The notes: generated by a model from the sequence alone, not told the origin. Positions 40,241 to 50,385 are shown, counted from the first letter of the stretch. The stretch is DNA of 64,000 bases from Candidatus Doudnabacteria bacterium (GCA_963768175.1 CAVYGQ010000001.1:254305-318304); one strand, 5' to 3'. Numbers and translations: made by a program.

Positions 40241-41632
40241 TTACACCGGTTCTTCCGCCGGGATCATGCCCTCCATTACCGCTTGCGGGGAAACGTCAAA
40301 AGTCCGGTCTAAATTCTTAAACGAGGTCTTGTCCTGGTCAAAATATAAATCTATCTGGCCGGTGGGGCCGTTTCTGTGTTTTTTAATGTGGATTTCCGCG
40401 ATATGCGGGCGCCTGGCATCTTTGCCTTTATACATTTCTTCGCGGTAAATGAACATGACCACGTCCGCGTCCTGTTCAATGCTGCCGGATTCGCGCAAGT
40501 CGGCCAGCTGGGGAACTTTATCGGGACGGCTTTCCACGCCGCGGGATAATTGCGATAAAGCCAACACCGGCACGTTCAGTTCGCGGGCCAGCAGCTTTAA
40601 CGCGCGGGAAATTTCGGAAACTTCCTGCACGCGGTTTTCCTGGTTGCGTCCCTCCATCAATTGTAAATAGTCTACAATAATCAGCCCCGCGCCGTGCTCG
40701 GACTGGAGCCTGCGGGCTTTGGTGCGGAGCTCCATAATGTTGTTGCCGGCGGCGTCATCTATAAAAATAGGGGACTCGCTAAGTTCGCCCATGGCTTTGC
40801 CAATGTGGTCAAAGTCGTCTTCGTTTAAATGGCCGGTGCGGATTTTCCAAAGGTTAACGTCGCTTTGGCTGGAAAGCAGACGGTCCACCAACTGGTCTTT
40901 GCTCATTTCCAGAGAAAAAATTCCCACCGGCACTTTAACGTTTACCGCGACATGCCGCATAATGTCCAAAGCCAAGGAAGTCTTCCCCATAGAGGGGCGC
41001 GCGGCCAAAACCACCAAGTCCGATTTTTGCAAACCGCCAAGCAAGTTATCCAAATCCACGTAGCCAGTGGGAAGACCTCGCAATTTCCCTTTTTCACGAT
41101 GCAACTCGTCTATCCTTTCAAAGGTGGCGTGCAAAATATTGCCAATGGGGACAAAATTTTGTTTTAAATGTTTTTGCGAAATGCTGAATAATTTTTGTTC
41201 GGCAATATCTAAAATATCTTCCATTTCGCCTTCTTCCTTAAACGCGATATTGGAAATTTCTCCGGCGGCGGTAATTAATTTTCTTAACGTGCCTTTTTTC
41301 CGCACAATATAAGCGTAATGGGTTACGTGCGCGGCCGAGGGCACCGCGTTGACCAGCTGGGTTAAGTAAGAGCTGCCGCCGACTTTATCCAATAACTTTT
41401 TTTCTTCCAACCAGTTGGTCACGGTTAAAATATCAATTGAGGTATTTTTGGTATATAAATCCAAAATCGCCTCAAAAATCTGCTTGTTCTTTTCGTCGTA
41501 AAAATGGTCCGCGCTGACAATGTCGCCGATCTTGATAATCGCATCTTTATCCAGCATTAAACAACCGAGTACCGACATTTCGGCGTCCAGGTTTTGCGGC
41601 GGCATTCTTTGAATGAAGGAATTATCAGCCAT
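40241..41632 (-). CDS. dnaB: replicative DNA helicase
   Basis: AARPSMGKT, IVDYLQL, LSQLSR and DLRESGSIEQDAD motifs. Confidence 0.98.
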   Translation of the reverse strand: MADNSFIQRMPPQNLDAEMSVLGCLMLDKDAIIKIGDIVSADHFYDEKNKQIFEAILDLYTKNTSIDILTVTNWLEEKKLLDKVGGSSYLTQLVNAVPSAAHVTHYAYIVRKKGTLRKLITAAGEISNIAFKEEGEMEDILDIAEQKLFSISQKHLKQNFVPIGNILHATFERIDELHREKGKLRGLPTGYVDLDNLLGGLQKSDLVVLAARPSMGKTSLALDIMRHVAVNVKVPVGIFSLEMSKDQLVDRLLSSQSDVNLWKIRTGHLNEDDFDHIGKAMGELSESPIFIDDAAGNNIMELRTKARRLQSEHGAGLIIVDYLQLMEGRNQENRVQEVSEISRALKLLARELNVPVLALSQLSRGVESRPDKVPQLADLRESGSIEQDADVVMFIYREEMYKGKDARRPHIAEIHIKKHRNGPTGQIDLYFDQDKTSFKNLDRTFDVSPQAVMEGMIPAEEPV

Positions 41633-41820
41633 ACAAATCGTTTCCCTCTCCCTCCTGCAAGTCCGCCGAAGCTTCAGCGAAGGCGGATGGGAGAGGGATT
41701 AAAAGTGAGGGTTAAAAAGTAAGATAATACCATTATAGCCTGTTTCTCGTAGCCTTCCAAGACCAAAAATAGGCCAAAATCGGCCTATTTTGTGGGTATA
41801 GTGGGGAATACAGGTGGATG

Positions 41821-41916
41821 CCCCATTAGAGAATAACCAATAGTCTTATTTGATTGCCGTCGGTTCCAAACAGCAAGCCTTTATCATCGGCTTATTGATA
41901 ACATTCTCTAACGGGG
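41821..41916. mobile_element. MITE-like CCCCGTTAGA TIR element
   Basis: ccccattagagaat ... attctctaacgggg. Same family as 45118-45214. Confidence 0.7.
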
Positions 41917-41921
41917 TAAAC

Positions 41922-43301
41922 CTAAATTTGCAGCTTTTTCTTGACCTTTTGCCCTTCCGGCGTATCCATAACCTCATAGCCCAAGGCTTCTATTTGTTTT
42001 CTAAGTTTGTCTGATTTTACGAAATCTTTCTTCTGTTTTGCTTCATTTCTTTGGTCAAGCAATTTTGTTATCTCGCTCGGAATTATATTTGCTTTTTCTT
42101 CTTTTAACTTTAATGCGGAAACTAATTCGATTTTGTCGAGCAACTTTTCATCAGCAGTTTCAATTGCACCTCTTAGTAAAGGAAGGATCGCGGAAATATT
42201 TAAATCTTGGTTTATTCTACTTTCAAAATTTTCCAAAAGCCCCTTGGACAATTTCTCATCGAATTTACCTAAATATTTAGCTTTCTCAGATAATCTTTCC
42301 CTGCCTGTTTTTGCTGATTCTAGACTAAATATCGTAAAATTTTGTTGAAGATTATAAGTGGTATCAAAAAATACAGAACGCAAATCTAAACCATCAAATC
42401 CTTTTTCCTTTAAATCTTTCAGTGTATAAAAATTCCCCGCGCTCTTGGACATTTTTTTGCCGTCAACCAATAGGTGCTCGGAATGAAACCAATGCTTAAC
42501 AAAATTGCCTTTACCGACCAAAGCTTGCGACTGCGCGATTTCGTTGGTGTGGTGGGGGAAGATTAAGTCTACGCCGCCGGTGTGGATATCGGTGGGTTCG
42601 CCGTTGAAGCCGATTTGGTTTATCACCGAGCATTCAATGTGCCAACCCGGGCGGCCTTTGCCCAAAGACGGATGATCCCAATAAATGTTGGCGTCGGTAG
42701 ATTTATCCCAGGCTTTCCAAAGCGCGAAGTCTGATAAATTTTCTTTTTCATATTCGTCTACGGCCACGCGGGCGCCGACTTTTTTGCCTTCCAAAAATTT
42801 ATGCCCGACCAATTCGCCGTAATCGCCAAAATCTTTTTGGTATTTTTCAATGCTGAAATAAGTACTGCCGTCTTCGGCTTTGTAGGCATAGCCTTTCTCT
42901 ATCAGCTTGACAGTAAAATCCTGGACTTGCGGAATAACCTCAGTCACGCGGATAAATGTGATTTCGTCTTTTAAAACATTAACCCCCCCCAAATCTTTTA
43001 AAAATTTGTCCAAATAAAAGTTGGTAAACTCCCGTAAATTTTCTACCGTAGCGTTATTGCCATGTTTGGCAATCGTGCTTTTGATGGTTTTGTCATCTAT
43101 GTCTGTGACATTCATAACCCACTTGGGTTTGTAGCCGTCATATTTTAAAGTCCGATACAATAAATCGGCCATAATGTAACTGCGCAGATTGCCGATGTGC
43201 GCGTAATTATAAACCGTCGGCCCGCAAGTATAAAGGTTAAAGTGATCCTTTTTCGGGATTTCTTCAATTTTTCTGGACAGGGTATCGTAAAGTTTTAGCA
43301 T
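41922..43301 (-). CDS. cysS: cysteine--tRNA ligase
   Basis: CGPTVY, HIGN, GRPGWHIEC and KMSKS motifs. Confidence 0.97.
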   Translation of the reverse strand: MLKLYDTLSRKIEEIPKKDHFNLYTCGPTVYNYAHIGNLRSYIMADLLYRTLKYDGYKPKWVMNVTDIDDKTIKSTIAKHGNNATVENLREFTNFYLDKFLKDLGGVNVLKDEITFIRVTEVIPQVQDFTVKLIEKGYAYKAEDGSTYFSIEKYQKDFGDYGELVGHKFLEGKKVGARVAVDEYEKENLSDFALWKAWDKSTDANIYWDHPSLGKGRPGWHIECSVINQIGFNGEPTDIHTGGVDLIFPHHTNEIAQSQALVGKGNFVKHWFHSEHLLVDGKKMSKSAGNFYTLKDLKEKGFDGLDLRSVFFDTTYNLQQNFTIFSLESAKTGRERLSEKAKYLGKFDEKLSKGLLENFESRINQDLNISAILPLLRGAIETADEKLLDKIELVSALKLKEEKANIIPSEITKLLDQRNEAKQKKDFVKSDKLRKQIEALGYEVMDTPEGQKVKKKLQI

Positions 43302-43339
43302 ACAACTATTTTAACAAAAAAGCTTCCGTTTTGGAAGCT

Positions 43340-45058
43340 TTAACGGCCATCGGTAAGTAAAATTTTCATATGCTGTTCGCGCAGTTTCCTAAGGTCAAAC
43401 GCCGCCTGTTTGCCTTCCAAAATTTTGGCCAAATGCATGCCGCCCATAAAATGCGGGGAAATAACGTAATCCACGCCTTCCTCATAAAACGCTTTGGTTT
43501 CCGTTTCATCCTGCGCGACAAAAATCAGCTTAGGCTTATACTGCTTACCCAAAGCCACCCTTCTTATGGCATGCAACAAAGCCATGTTATCAACAAAATC
43601 CGGCACCGTGGAAATTACCATTTTGGCTTTGGGCAAATTTACCTGCTCCTGGATAAAGCTGTCCGTAATGTCACCGCACAAGGCTAAAATTTCTTTTTCC
43701 GCATAAAATTCCGCGATTTCCGGATTAAAATCCACCACCACAAAAGGCGTTTTTTGACTTTGCAAAGTTTCAATTAAATGATGCCCAAGCCGGTGCGCTC
43801 CCACTAAAATAATATGATTCTTTAAAACCACATTATGCAAATGCTTTTCCGCGGCGCCCTTGCGGAAGTCAAAAATTTTAAGCAGGGGATGCAGCCGATC
43901 ATAAATCTTTCCGGCGTACATAATCAGGTAGGAAGATATGGCAATGGTTATCATGCCAATTAAAGTAACCAGGCTGACTTCGCTTTGCGATAAATTCCCC
44001 GAGGCGTAAGCCGCGCTGACCAAAATCAAACTAAACTCGGAGATTTGCCCCACCGTCACTCCGGCCAAAAAACTGGTCCTGGGCTTATAGCCGAACAGGC
44101 CGAGCAGAATCATAACAATTATAGGATTGCCGATGAGTACAAACAGAGAAAGAATAATTGCCGGGCGGGCCATTGTGCTTAAATTATTCAGCGCCAGGCC
44201 GGAGCCCAAAACGATAAAAAAGATAATAATAAAAAAGTCGCGGATCGGCTTGATTTTTCCGCCTATTTCATAATGCACCCCGGATCTTGCCAAAGACAGC
44301 CCAGCCAAAAACCCGCCGATTTCCAAACTAAAGCCCATTATGGGGGAGGCGACAAAGGACGCCAGCCCCAAAGCCCAGGCCAAGGAAACCACCAGCATCA
44401 ACTCGTCGTTTTTGCCGATGTATTCCATAATTTTGGGAAAAACTTTGGCGCTTAACCACCAAACCACCAAAATTAAAATCAGTCCCCGAACCAATGCCAT
44501 AATAATGTTCTCCCACAGCGGGAGGTTGGTATAAATACTGCCGCTGTTTGGCTGAAGGCTGGACAGGGAAATTAAAATTAATATGGCGACAAAATCCTGC
44601 GTCAAAAAAATACCCACAACCAGTTTACCGTAAAGGCTTTGTAGGTCTTTTTTCTCGCCCAAAAGTTTTACCACGATTATAGTGGAGGAAAAAGTCAGGG
44701 CGGGAGCGATGAATAAAGACGAAACCGCGCTAAACCCCAAAGCCCGCAAAATGCCGTAGCCAATTATGCTGGTAAAAAATACCTGGCCAAGCCCGGCTAG
44801 TAGCGCGGTTTTGCCGATGCGTTTTAGCTGGCCAATATCCAGCTGCAGGCCGACCATAAAGAGCAGCAAGGTTATGCCGATTTGCGCCAAAGCCGAAAAC
44901 ACGTCGCCCTGCTGCAGGCGATAATAGCCCAACGGCCCGACAATTAAACCGGTAAGGATGTAAGCGATGATGCTGGGCTGCTTAAGCAGGCTGACGATAA
45001 AAGATATCAGCCCCGCCAGAATTAAAACCGTTGTGAGTTCAAAAAAAATCCCGTTCAT
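43340..45058 (-). CDS. CPA2 cation:proton antiporter with a TrkA-N (RCK) domain
   Basis: Many TM helices, FSSTIIVVKLL, QDF, GQISEFS and a C-terminal IILVGAHRLG. Confidence 0.92.
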   Translation of the reverse strand: MNGIFFELTTVLILAGLISFIVSLLKQPSIIAYILTGLIVGPLGYYRLQQGDVFSALAQIGITLLLFMVGLQLDIGQLKRIGKTALLAGLGQVFFTSIIGYGILRALGFSAVSSLFIAPALTFSSTIIVVKLLGEKKDLQSLYGKLVVGIFLTQDFVAILILISLSSLQPNSGSIYTNLPLWENIIMALVRGLILILVVWWLSAKVFPKIMEYIGKNDELMLVVSLAWALGLASFVASPIMGFSLEIGGFLAGLSLARSGVHYEIGGKIKPIRDFFIIIFFIVLGSGLALNNLSTMARPAIILSLFVLIGNPIIVMILLGLFGYKPRTSFLAGVTVGQISEFSLILVSAAYASGNLSQSEVSLVTLIGMITIAISSYLIMYAGKIYDRLHPLLKIFDFRKGAAEKHLHNVVLKNHIILVGAHRLGHHLIETLQSQKTPFVVVDFNPEIAEFYAEKEILALCGDITDSFIQEQVNLPKAKMVISTVPDFVDNMALLHAIRRVALGKQYKPKLIFVAQDETETKAFYEEGVDYVISPHFMGGMHLAKILEGKQAAFDLRKLREQHMKILLTDGR

Positions 45059-45117
45059 TTAAAATTTTTGCTTTTTGATTTCTAATGCAAGAATTTTAAA
45101 TATTATAACACAACTTG

Positions 45118-45214
45118 ACCCCGTTAGAAAAGCCAATGACCGTTTACCACAAAAAAGTAGGCGTTTTTAGTGGGGTTTTGACCTAAAATTCGTTTTTTAA
45201 TTTTCTAACGGGGT
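45118..45214. mobile_element. MITE-like CCCCGTTAGA TIR element
   Basis: accccgttagaaaa ... ttttctaacggggt. Confidence 0.72.
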
Positions 45215-45244
45215 TGATAAAAAGCCAAAATTAAGCTAAAATAA

Positions 45245-45345
45245 ATCCAGCACCTTCCGGAATACCCCGCAGCTCTGCTCTATGGATAAATGATTTTAAT
45301 AAAATATTTCTATATAGTTGGATACTCAGCAGGAAGGTGCTGGAT
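45245..45345. mobile_element. MITE-like ATCCAGCAC TIR element
   Basis: atccagcaccttcc ... ggaaggtgctggat. A sibling lies in prmC at 58943-59042. Confidence 0.72.
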
Positions 45346-45365
45346 AAATACATTAACTTAATACC

Positions 45366-45938
45366 ATGGAATTAAATACAATATTTTTCATTGGACCGCA
45401 AGGAAGCGGCAAAGGCACGCAGGCAAAAATTTTGGCCAAGCGTTTGGATTTTTTCTATTGGGAAATGGGGGGGATTTTGCGCGAAGTGGCGGCAGGGGAT
45501 ACCATTTTGGGCATTAGGATTAAAAACTTGATAGATTCCGGGGTGCTTTTGCAAGATGACGATTTATACCAGGTGGTAAAAATGCGCCTTGGCGAAATCC
45601 CAAAAACCAAGGGGGTAATTTTTGACGGGATCCCCAGGCGCCTCGGACAGGCGGAATTCTTGCTTGATTTCCTAAAAAAGCAGGGGAGAGATAATTTTAC
45701 GACCCTTTATGTAAGTTTGCCGCGCGAGGAATCGCTGGCCCGCCTGCTTAAACGCGCCGAAACAGAAAAGCGCGCCGACGACACAAAAGAAAAAATAGAG
45801 TTTCGACTCAAGCAATACGAGGAAGAAACATTGCCGGTTTTGGATTTCCTAAAGCAAAATTCCCAATTTTTTGAAATTGACGGGACACCATCGATTGAAG
45901 AAGTGGTAAAAAAAATTAGCCAGACTTTGGGTCTGTAA
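45366..45938 (+). CDS. adk: adenylate kinase family protein (short LID)
   Basis: GPQGSGKGTQA, FDGIPR and RADD motifs. Confidence 0.9.
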   Translation: MELNTIFFIGPQGSGKGTQAKILAKRLDFFYWEMGGILREVAAGDTILGIRIKNLIDSGVLLQDDDLYQVVKMRLGEIPKTKGVIFDGIPRRLGQAEFLLDFLKKQGRDNFTTLYVSLPREESLARLLKRAETEKRADDTKEKIEFRLKQYEEETLPVLDFLKQNSQFFEIDGTPSIEEVVKKISQTLGL

Positions 45939-45991
45939 ACAATAGGCACCGTTGTGCTATACAACGGTGCCCATTGTGTAAAAAAATGTTT

Positions 45992-46609
45992 ATGAATAAA
46001 ATGGGTTCGCAACCATTAAATATCATTCTTCTGGGTGACCCAGCGTCCGGGAAAGCCACTCACGGCGCGTTTTTGGCCAAAAAGTACCGGCTTTACGATT
46101 TGGACATGGGTAAGGAATTGCGCTCGCTGGAGCACAACCTCCCGCTGCGGAAAAAATACCGGCTGAATAAAACCTTGGACAGCGGCAAACTTACGCCCAC
46201 GGAATTGGTCAGAAACCTGCTGCACGACAGAATTCACTCTACCGAAAAAAAACGCGGCATCCTTTTTGACGGCACACCCAAAATGCTGGGAGAGGCCAAG
46301 CTGGTGGCCAAATGGCTTAGGCAGGAAAAGCGCAATCGTGTGCTTTTTATTTATTTGTCCATACCGATACAGGAAACCATCCGCCGCATGACAAGCCGCA
46401 AAACTTATTTTAAAGGAAAGTTCTCCAAAAGGCCGGACGACAACGGCAAAGCTTTAAAAAACCGGATTGCTTACTACAAAAAAAATATTACGGAAGTCGT
46501 GGCATTTTTCAAAAAACATTATCCATTTATAAAAATTTCGACCATGGGCAGCATACCGGAGGCAAGAGAAAGATTAAAAGAAAAGCTGCAAAATTTTAAT
46601 ACCGATTAA
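45992..46609 (+). CDS. second, divergent adenylate kinase family protein
   Basis: GDPASGKATHG, FDGTPK and RPDD motifs. Confidence 0.85.
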   Translation: MNKMGSQPLNIILLGDPASGKATHGAFLAKKYRLYDLDMGKELRSLEHNLPLRKKYRLNKTLDSGKLTPTELVRNLLHDRIHSTEKKRGILFDGTPKMLGEAKLVAKWLRQEKRNRVLFIYLSIPIQETIRRMTSRKTYFKGKFSKRPDDNGKALKNRIAYYKKNITEVVAFFKKHYPFIKISTMGSIPEARERLKEKLQNFNTD

Positions 46610-46664
46610 TTTTTACCTTGTTGACAAAACGCGCGGCCGCGCGTTTTGTCAACAGATACCCAAA

Positions 46665-47426
46665 ATGAAAAAAGGGTTAATTAAATCCCCATCGGAAATA
46701 AATATTATTGCCGAGGGCGGCAGGCTTATTCATAACATTTTATACGCCACAGCCGAGCTGGTCAGGCCCGGCATTTCTACGTGGGAGCTAAACGAATTTG
46801 CGGAAAAGGAAATAGAAAAAATCGGCGGGCGGCCGAGCTTTAAAAATTACGGCCCAAAAAAGAATCCCTTTCCCGCGGGGCTTTGCACCTCGGTAAACTC
46901 CGTTGTGGTCCACGGCATACCATCACGGAATACGATTTTAAAAGCCGGCGACCTTATCGGCCTGGACATTGGCATGGAATACAAAGGATTGTTTACCGAT
47001 ACCGCAATTACCGTCCCGGTCGGCAAAATATCAGAGACGGCCAAAAAATTAATAGACGTTACTAAAAAATCTTTATTTGCCGCCATTGACCAAGCCAAAG
47101 CGGGTAACACTACCGGCGATATAGCTTTTGCCACGCAAAAAACCGCCGAGGCGGCCGGTTTTTCCGCGATTCGCGATTTGGTCGGCCACGGCGTGGGCTA
47201 CGATGTGCACGAAGACCCAGCCGTGCCGAATTTTGGCAAAAAAGGCACCGGGGAAATTTTACGGGAAGGTATGGTTTTGGCCATTGAACCCATGATTTGC
47301 GAGCACGAATACTTTGTGCAATTTGAACCCAACGGCTGGGCCATTTCCACCCGTGACGGCGGCTTGGCCGCGCACTTTGAACACACAATTGCCATAACCA
47401 AAAACGGGGCGAGGATATTGACATAG
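46665..47426 (+). CDS. map: methionine aminopeptidase type I
   Basis: CTSVN..VVHGIP, GHGVG..VHEDP, AIEPM and AAHFEHT motifs. Confidence 0.97.
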   Translation: MKKGLIKSPSEINIIAEGGRLIHNILYATAELVRPGISTWELNEFAEKEIEKIGGRPSFKNYGPKKNPFPAGLCTSVNSVVVHGIPSRNTILKAGDLIGLDIGMEYKGLFTDTAITVPVGKISETAKKLIDVTKKSLFAAIDQAKAGNTTGDIAFATQKTAEAAGFSAIRDLVGHGVGYDVHEDPAVPNFGKKGTGEILREGMVLAIEPMICEHEYFVQFEPNGWAISTRDGGLAAHFEHTIAITKNGARILT

Positions 47427-47481
47427 CAGATCCTTCGCTTCGCTTAGGATAAAAAATTGGCGGCCGCCCGGCCGCCAATTT

Positions 47482-49311
47482 TCACTTTTTCTTTTCAATT
47501 TCCATCTTAATCTTTTTCACAAACTTTTTCAGCGGCATAACACCCAAATCTTTGCCTTCGCGGGTCCTGACCGCGATTTTTCCGCCGGAGACGGATCCGC
47601 CTTTGGCGGATTTCGCTTCTTTTTCACCGACAATTATCTGGTATGGAATTTTTTGCATGCTGGCCTCGCGGATTTTTTTGCCTATTGATTCATCTCTGTC
47701 ATCAAGCTCAATTCTTAATTCTTGATTCATAATTCCTAATTCCTTCATAACTTTTTTAGCATAAACATTTTGCTTCCTTGAAATCGGCAAAATCTTTACC
47801 TGAACCGGTGACAACCACAAAGGCAAAGAGCCGGCGTAATGTTCAATGAGCAAACCGATAAAACGTTCAAGGGAGCCGTAAATTACGCGGTGAATGGCCA
47901 CAGGAGTCTTGCGCGATCCGTCTTGGGCAATGTATTCCAAACCAAACCGCTTGGGCTGTTGGAAATCCAACTGAATGGTCCCCGTTTGCCACTGCCGGCC
48001 GAGCGCGTCTTTCATTAAAATATCAATCTTCGGCCCGTAAAACGCGCCGTCGCCCGCTTCTATGGAATACTCTTTGCCGGATTTGTCCAATATCCGTTTT
48101 AGCGCGGCTTCGGCGTTATTCCAAGTGGCAACATCGCCCATAAATTTCTCCGGCCTGGTTCCCAAACGGTAGCGGTATTGCATTTTAAAAATCCCGTAAA
48201 ATAATTTGGTAATTTCAAATACCCTGGCGTATTCCGCTTCTATCATTTCTTCGGTAATAAAAATATGGGCGTCGTCCTGCCGAAACTCCCGCACGCGGAG
48301 CAATCCGTTTAAAGTTCCGGCCAGCTCATAACGGTGCAGCATATCGGTGTCGGAAAATCTTAGCGGGAGATCTTTGTAACTGCGCAGGCGAGAGCCAAAC
48401 ACCACCATGGCATTGGGACAGTTCATGGCCTTAATGCCGTATTCTTCGTTTTCCCCCATATTTGCCATAAACATATCGTGCCAATAGTGTTCAAAATGCC
48501 CCGAAGTCCGGAATAATTCTTTTTTATTAAGCAAAGGAGAGACAATTTCCTGATAACCGCGCTTGGCATGCTCCTTGCGCCAAAAATCTATCAGCTGATT
48601 GTACAAAATTACTCCCTTGGGCAGCCAATAAGGCATCCCGGGCGACGTGTGATGAAACATAAACAGTTCCAACTTGGGTCCCAAAACTTTATGGTCGCGC
48701 TTAGCGGCTTCTTCAAGCAATTTTAGATGCTTATCAAGTTCTTGTTTGGTCTCAAACGCGATGCCGTAAATCCGCTGCATTTGCGGGTTTTTTTGGTCGC
48801 CGCGCCAGTAAGCACCGCTAACTTTATCCAGCTTAAAGGCGTCGGTTCTTATTTGCGAAGTATTATCAACGTGCCCGCCGCGGCAGAGGTCTATAAACTT
48901 GCCGGTTTTATAAAGAGAAACTTGACTTACTGTTGGCGAAGGTGTGCCTCCAGTTGTAATCGCAAATTCTTGATCAAAAATTTTGTCAGTCCTACCATAT
49001 TTTTCTATATCTTCTATTAGCTGAACTTTAAACGGCTGGTTTTGTTTTTTAAAAAATTCTTTGGCTTCGGCCGTGGTCATCTCCATCCGTTCAAACGGCA
49101 ATTTGGATTGCGCCAACGCCCGCATTCTTTTTTCCAATACCTTAATATCTGAAGGCTGAAGGGGGCGGGGGAGCAGAAAATCATAAAAAAAGCCGTTTTC
49201 AATAACCGGCCCGACTCCCAATTGCGCCTTGGGAAATATTTCCAAAACCGCCGACGCAAGAAGGTGCGCGAGTGAGTGGCGTAAGTTATGTAATTTTTCG
49301 TTGCCATCCAT
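47482..49311 (-). CDS. thrS: threonine--tRNA ligase
   Basis: RHSLAHL, DLCRGGH, KAMNCP, LLRVREFRQDDAH, GAFYGPKID and HRVIYGSLERF motifs. Confidence 0.98.
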   Translation of the reverse strand: MDGNEKLHNLRHSLAHLLASAVLEIFPKAQLGVGPVIENGFFYDFLLPRPLQPSDIKVLEKRMRALAQSKLPFERMEMTTAEAKEFFKKQNQPFKVQLIEDIEKYGRTDKIFDQEFAITTGGTPSPTVSQVSLYKTGKFIDLCRGGHVDNTSQIRTDAFKLDKVSGAYWRGDQKNPQMQRIYGIAFETKQELDKHLKLLEEAAKRDHKVLGPKLELFMFHHTSPGMPYWLPKGVILYNQLIDFWRKEHAKRGYQEIVSPLLNKKELFRTSGHFEHYWHDMFMANMGENEEYGIKAMNCPNAMVVFGSRLRSYKDLPLRFSDTDMLHRYELAGTLNGLLRVREFRQDDAHIFITEEMIEAEYARVFEITKLFYGIFKMQYRYRLGTRPEKFMGDVATWNNAEAALKRILDKSGKEYSIEAGDGAFYGPKIDILMKDALGRQWQTGTIQLDFQQPKRFGLEYIAQDGSRKTPVAIHRVIYGSLERFIGLLIEHYAGSLPLWLSPVQVKILPISRKQNVYAKKVMKELGIMNQELRIELDDRDESIGKKIREASMQKIPYQIIVGEKEAKSAKGGSVSGGKIAVRTREGKDLGVMPLKKFVKKIKMEIEKKK

Positions 49312-49417
49312 AAAATTATTAGCGATATTAATAATACTAATCGCATACGAACGATACTAATTCGTGATTCGTGTCATTCGTATCCAATTCGTATATTCGT
49401 ATATTAGTGTCGGTTAT

Positions 49418-49648
49418 AAACACAAAACCCCAGAACTTCACCATCGATACTCGATAATGAAATTCCGGGGTCTCAATGCGCCCTCCTTCGCTGAAGCTTC
49501 GGAGGACAAGAGACGTTTCCGTCCCAGAATATCCCCGATGATTTACATCGGAAATCTTTTCATCCGCTATGGCTCTAGAACCAAAACAGATTTATTGCCG
49601 TTTGTTTCAAACTCCCCGGTTGGTGGCCGGATCAACATTTGAAGAACT
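49418..49648 (-). promoter_or_regulatory. divergent T-box-like riboswitch leader of thrS
   Basis: K-turn stem with a CC-ACC-AA apical loop (49606-49643), and a bulged antiterminator overlapping a terminator (49424-49530). Promoter TTGCTT-17-TATAGT at 49655-49683. Confidence 0.6.
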
Positions 49649-49822
49649 AAAATAACTATAACATATGCCTTAATTTGAAGCAACAACGTTTTCCACAATA
49701 AATTTAGGCTTATATAAACCAAATTTTTGGTAAAGCTTTGACAAAAAGGATTTTACGATATAGCTTATGCTTATCAGGCTCACTCGCAGTCAGGAGGTGA
49801 ACTGATAGAAAAGAGGAATTCT

Positions 49823-49927
49823 ATGTTGATCGCAGGCGCGATCGCAGTCGGTGTAATCGGGTTGGTGGCCCTATACATCACCCGCAAACGCAAAGGCGCC
49901 GACCTCAGCATGCACTTGAATGATTAG
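49823..49927 (+). CDS. 34-aa single-TM peptide MLIAGAIAVGVIGLVALYITRKRKGADLSMHLND
   Basis: GAGG SD, a hydrophobic helix followed by RKRK, and a stop overlapping the next gene's SD. Confidence 0.6.
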   Translation: MLIAGAIAVGVIGLVALYITRKRKGADLSMHLND

Positions 49928-49935
49928 GAGGGCTC

Positions 49936-50385
49936 ATGGGCATCCTGCGCAAAATCACCGCCATCGCGCGGTGGATCGGCGAGCACAACAGGGAGCCGCG
50001 CTACCCCTATTCAGGAGGGATGCCAACCTCCGAGTACCTGTGGTTCCTGTCGCTCGTGGTTGGAATTCTGTGTGTAGCAGCCATCTCTAAAGCCAGCCAG
50101 TACGGCTGGTGGGTGCCAGTACTCGTCTCGGCATTCTGGAGTGCGCTGTTTGGAGCCGGCCTATCGGTATACTTGCAGAGCCGCCGGGCGACGTGGGCAA
50201 TCATCGCCACGTACTTGCTGTGCGGGGCGATGGTAACCGGAGCCTTCCAGATTTCCCCAGCATTGAGCGCGATTATGGCCGCCCCGGTCGGGCCGCTATA
50301 CGTGCTGGCGGCGTTAACGACGAACCCGCCGGTTCAGCGAACCGGCGGTTCAACAACCAGCGGCCGCCGCAACACGGCCGCATAG
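49936..50385 (+). CDS. hypothetical membrane protein (GC-rich)
   Basis: AGGAGGG SD and about four TM segments. Confidence 0.65.
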   Translation: MGILRKITAIARWIGEHNREPRYPYSGGMPTSEYLWFLSLVVGILCVAAISKASQYGWWVPVLVSAFWSALFGAGLSVYLQSRRATWAIIATYLLCGAMVTGAFQISPALSAIMAAPVGPLYVLAALTTNPPVQRTGGSTTSGRRNTAA

